Of a stretch of 10,998 nucleotides of DNA, positions 7,606-10,998 are shown one piece after another (position 1 is the first letter of the stretch; each line of letters opens with the position of its first letter). Source of the stretch: Promethearchaeota archaeon. GTDB lineage: Archaea > Asgardarchaeota > Lokiarchaeia > Sigyniarchaeales > SOKP01. The stretch spans positions 1 through 10,998 of the forward strand of contig JAHLWH010000116.1 in assembly GCA_019058015.1 (NCBI GenBank). Reading direction: 5' to 3'. Position numbers and translations under genes: made by a program. Under the pieces are notes generated by a model that saw only the letters and a program-made list of their open reading frames with translations, was not told the DNA's origin and did not search any database.

Positions 7606-7781
7606 GATTTATATTTTTTATATTTAAATTCTAACTATTTTTCCTAATTTTCTTCTTGAAGAGATATAAATTCATATATTCAAAAACTAAGCATTTATAA
7701 CGTTTTTCTCATATCTCCAATAATCTTTATAATAAGACGAATTGTTTCCTTAGCCAAGAACTATTTTATTTAGAAAAAAAA

Positions 7782-10700
7782 TTACGCCTTTTTTTCATAT
7801 TCCTCTGCCTTATTTTTATATTCTTTAACTTCCTTTTGCTTCTCTGTTATTCCTAATTTAAAAATGTCCGAAGCCAATTTAGCCGCTTGTCGATATTCTG
7901 AAGCAGCTTCAATATATTGATTCGCATTTACCGCTCTTTCAGCTTTTCGAATTACTTTCCCTAACTTATCTTCTATATAAATTATATTTATTTCTCTGAT
8001 TTTCTCTTTTAATGTTATATATTCTTTTTTGAGACCCCAATTTTTAGATAAAATTAAAGCGTTTTCATATATTTCTATCACTTTTAATAGTTGATTTTCC
8101 ATAATTAATTGTTCTGCTTGGTTCTCTAAGCTTTTAAACTTCTTTCTTGCAGAAATATCATCATGAACTTCGATATCCTTTACAATCCCTCCACGTCTCT
8201 TTATAACAATAATTCCGACTCCAATTAGAACGCCTAGAATCAAAAATAATAAAATTAAGATCCAAATATTAAATGTCGGAGCTTCGGTTAAATTAATCGC
8301 ATGTTCTAAAGAATCACTACTGCACTTATAACTCCCTTCATATAAAGCAGATATATTTACATATTCCGCCCCATCGGGTATTAATATGCTAAAGCTAGCA
8401 ACCCCATCTTTATTTGTTATAATTGATCTTATTTGTGGGGCAATCCCACCTCCAAAGTTAAATATCACAGTTACATTTTCATTTGCAATAGGAATCTCAG
8501 AATATAATTTTATCTTTATATTTAATGTCTCACCAATTATGATATTATCAGGTGCTTCGTATAAAGATATGCTTACTTCATATTTTTCTGAAAATTCAAT
8601 AGTGTATAAAATAGAGCGATTAATAAAGTAATCTTCGAAAAATGTGATATTTATACTATATATTTGCGCACTGAAATCATCTGTTGGAATAATCCAATAA
8701 TATTTACTTCCTAAGGCAAGTCCCTCGTAACTCTTATCATTGATATTTAATATAACATTACTTTCATTGATATAGAAACCCGTTATATTATCTTGTAATT
8801 TTAGTTGAATAGTTAAATCGTTTCCAATATATGCATCTGAAATAATTCCATCTTGAATTTCCAACTCATGACCATAATCACTTGCACTTAAATCGGAAAT
8901 TTCCAACCCCTTATAGCCTATCGTGATGTAAAATTGAAAAGTGACATTCTCCCAATTATCTTTCATCATTGTTAATGATATCGAGTATCTGCTCGCTAGA
9001 TTAAGTGTAGGTATCTCCCACGAGTATATTCCATCTATTCCTTCATAATCATAATAATTCTCTCCATTAAAATTTAAAATTCCAGTTCCATCATTTATCC
9101 ATTCTGAATTAATCGTATCCGTATATGAAAATTTAATAGTAATATTATAAGGTTTCCAGCCTAAATAAGAATCAGATACCGTATCGTAAGTCAATTGTTC
9201 CGTAAAGCCAATATGATCTGGTTGATTAATACTTATTAGCGATCCATCAGTTTCACCAATTACTTTAATATTTAAAAACTCTGTATGATTATGATAAGAG
9301 GTAAGATTACTGTCCACTTTTAAAGCAAACCATCCATAACCATAAAAATCAGATTTGCTACAATTAACTGTAATGTTATAATATCCATTTCCATAATCAA
9401 ATATAGTGGTTGAATATGGAGATCCTTTAACTTCTATTGAAATATTCGCTCCATCGATTCCTTCATTTCTTTTTGTATCGTTATAATATACTGTTATGTT
9501 AAATGTTTCTCCTGAATAATAACTTGAAGAGTCAGGAGGGTTTGTGATTAATAACTCACTTTCTCCTAAAACATCAATGGAAAACACATCCGTGGAATTA
9601 TAATAAGAAGTAAGGTTTACATCAACTCTTATGGAAAACTGGCCATAACCATCAAAAAATGGCGAGTCTGTAAAATCGATGGTTATGTTATAATATCCAT
9701 TTCCGTAGTCAAAAATAGTAGTAGTGCCTGAGTAATCGACTCCGTTTACCAAAATTGTTATGGTTACGCCATTGATTCCTGAGTTTCTCACAATATCGTT
9801 ATAATAGACAGAAATGTTAAGAGTATTACCAGAATCGTATATTGCCTTATATGGTTCTTGAGAAACCGTTGTAGCGGTTTCTCCTAACACGTCAATGGTG
9901 AAGACATCCGTGGAATTATAATGAGAGGTTTTATTCACATCAACCCTAATATTAAATTGCCCATAACCGTCGAAAAATGGCGAATCTGTAAAGTCAATGG
10001 TAATGTTATAATATCCGTTTCCGTAATCAAAAATAGTAGTGGCGCCTGTGTAATCGACTCCATTAACCCAAATTGAGATGGTTGCACCTGAGATTCCTTG
10101 ATTTTTTACTGTGTCATTATAATATATAGAAATATTGAGAGCCTCTCCAGAATCGTATATTGCCTTATATGGCTCTTGAGAAACCGTAGTTTCAGTCACT
10201 ATAAAGATATTAATGTCAGTATAATCCGTGTGGTTAATATAAAAGATTAAATTTGTGTCAATTCTTATATTAAATACTCAATAACCACTGAATACTGGGT
10301 CGTTCAAATCTATTGTAATATTATAATAACCATCCCCATTGTCAAAAATTGTGGTATAATATGGAGTGCCTTCTACTTCTACCGTAATATTTGCTCCTAT
10401 AATTCCTTGATTTCTCGCAGTGTCATTAAAATAAACCGTGATGTTAAGAATTTCTCCAGAATCATAAACTGGCTTGTCTGGTACCTTTGTAATCGTTGTA
10501 GCGGTCTCCCCTAACACGTCAATGGAAAAGAGATCCGTTGAATTATAATAAGAGGTAAGGTTCACATCAACCCTAATATTAAAATGACCGTATCCATCAA
10601 AGAACGGTGTATCAGTAAAATCAATTGTGATATTATAATAATCGTTCCCGTAATCAAAAATAGTCGTGAAACCAGTATAGTCGACTTCATTAACCCAAAT

Positions 10701-10997
10701 TGTAATGGCCACACCGCTAATCCCAGAATCCCTCACGGTATCGTTATAACAGACGGAGATATTAAGAGCATCTCCGGAATTGTATGTAGCCTTATATGGC
10801 TCTTGAGAAACCGTAGTTGCGGTCTCCCCTAACACGTCAATGGAAAAGAGATCCGTGGAATTATAATAAGAAGTAAGGTTCACATCAACCCTAATATTAA
10901 ATTGACCATAACCGTCGAAAAATGGCGAGTCTGTAAAGTCAATTGTAATGTTATAATAACCATTTCCGTAATTAAAAATAGTAGTGGTGCCTGTGTA
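7782..10997 (-). CDS. Large repetitive single-pass cell-surface glycoprotein, 5'-truncated by window, with one in-frame TGA
   Basis: ORFs 10278-10883 and 7782-10199 are in the same frame, separated only by TGA at 10278-10280, and the frame stays open to the window edge. Beta-rich repeats with many NxS/T sequons, TM helix at 8202-8267, then KRR and a 139-aa charged tail. Confidence 0.85.
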
Positions 10998-10998
10998 A
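9252..10998 (-). repeat. Intragenic tandem repeats of 318 bp (A, 106 aa) and 309 bp (B, 103 aa)
   Basis: GE junction codons fall at about 10824, 10506, 9879, 9561 and 9252 (spacings 318, 627=309+318, 318, 309). Shared core TTIFDYGNGYYNIT. Confidence 0.95.

Noticed and set aside
10278-10280. Selenocysteine or TGA=Gly/Trp recoding
   Set aside because: The position aligns to Gly, not Cys, and TGA is a normal stop for the GTPase and HEPN genes.
5-10832. Short ORF-track frames 5-187, 3025-3225, 3617-3799, 4329-4538, 4340-4531, 5503-5793, 6611-6799, 8386-8631, 10584-10832
   Set aside because: Antisense shadows of better-supported genes with no motifs; 3617-3799 is opposite the tnpB remnant.

Overview
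AT-rich archaeal window; gene content points to Asgard (Lokiarchaeia-like) origin, which is an inference. Left: 3' part of a type II P-type (Ca2+-like) ATPase, a Roadblock/longin-like + Rab-like GTPase fusion broken by a -1 frameshift and an in-frame TAG, and an ADP-forming acetyl-CoA synthetase beta subunit (acdB). The 3' 422 bp of acdB recurs 4246 bp downstream (~91% identical, mostly synonymous differences) and brackets a ~3.8 kb accessory islet. The islet holds three things missed by the ORF track: a tnpB 3' remnant followed by an apparently intact pseudoknotted omega-RNA-like scaffold, a radical SAM 3' fragment, and a hairpin-rich GC patch. It also carries an unknown 245-aa ORF flanked by hairpins, an AbrB-VapC pair and a HEPN-MNT pair. 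Right: a large single-pass surface glycoprotein built from 318/309-bp repeats in an (AAB)n pattern, with one in-frame TGA.
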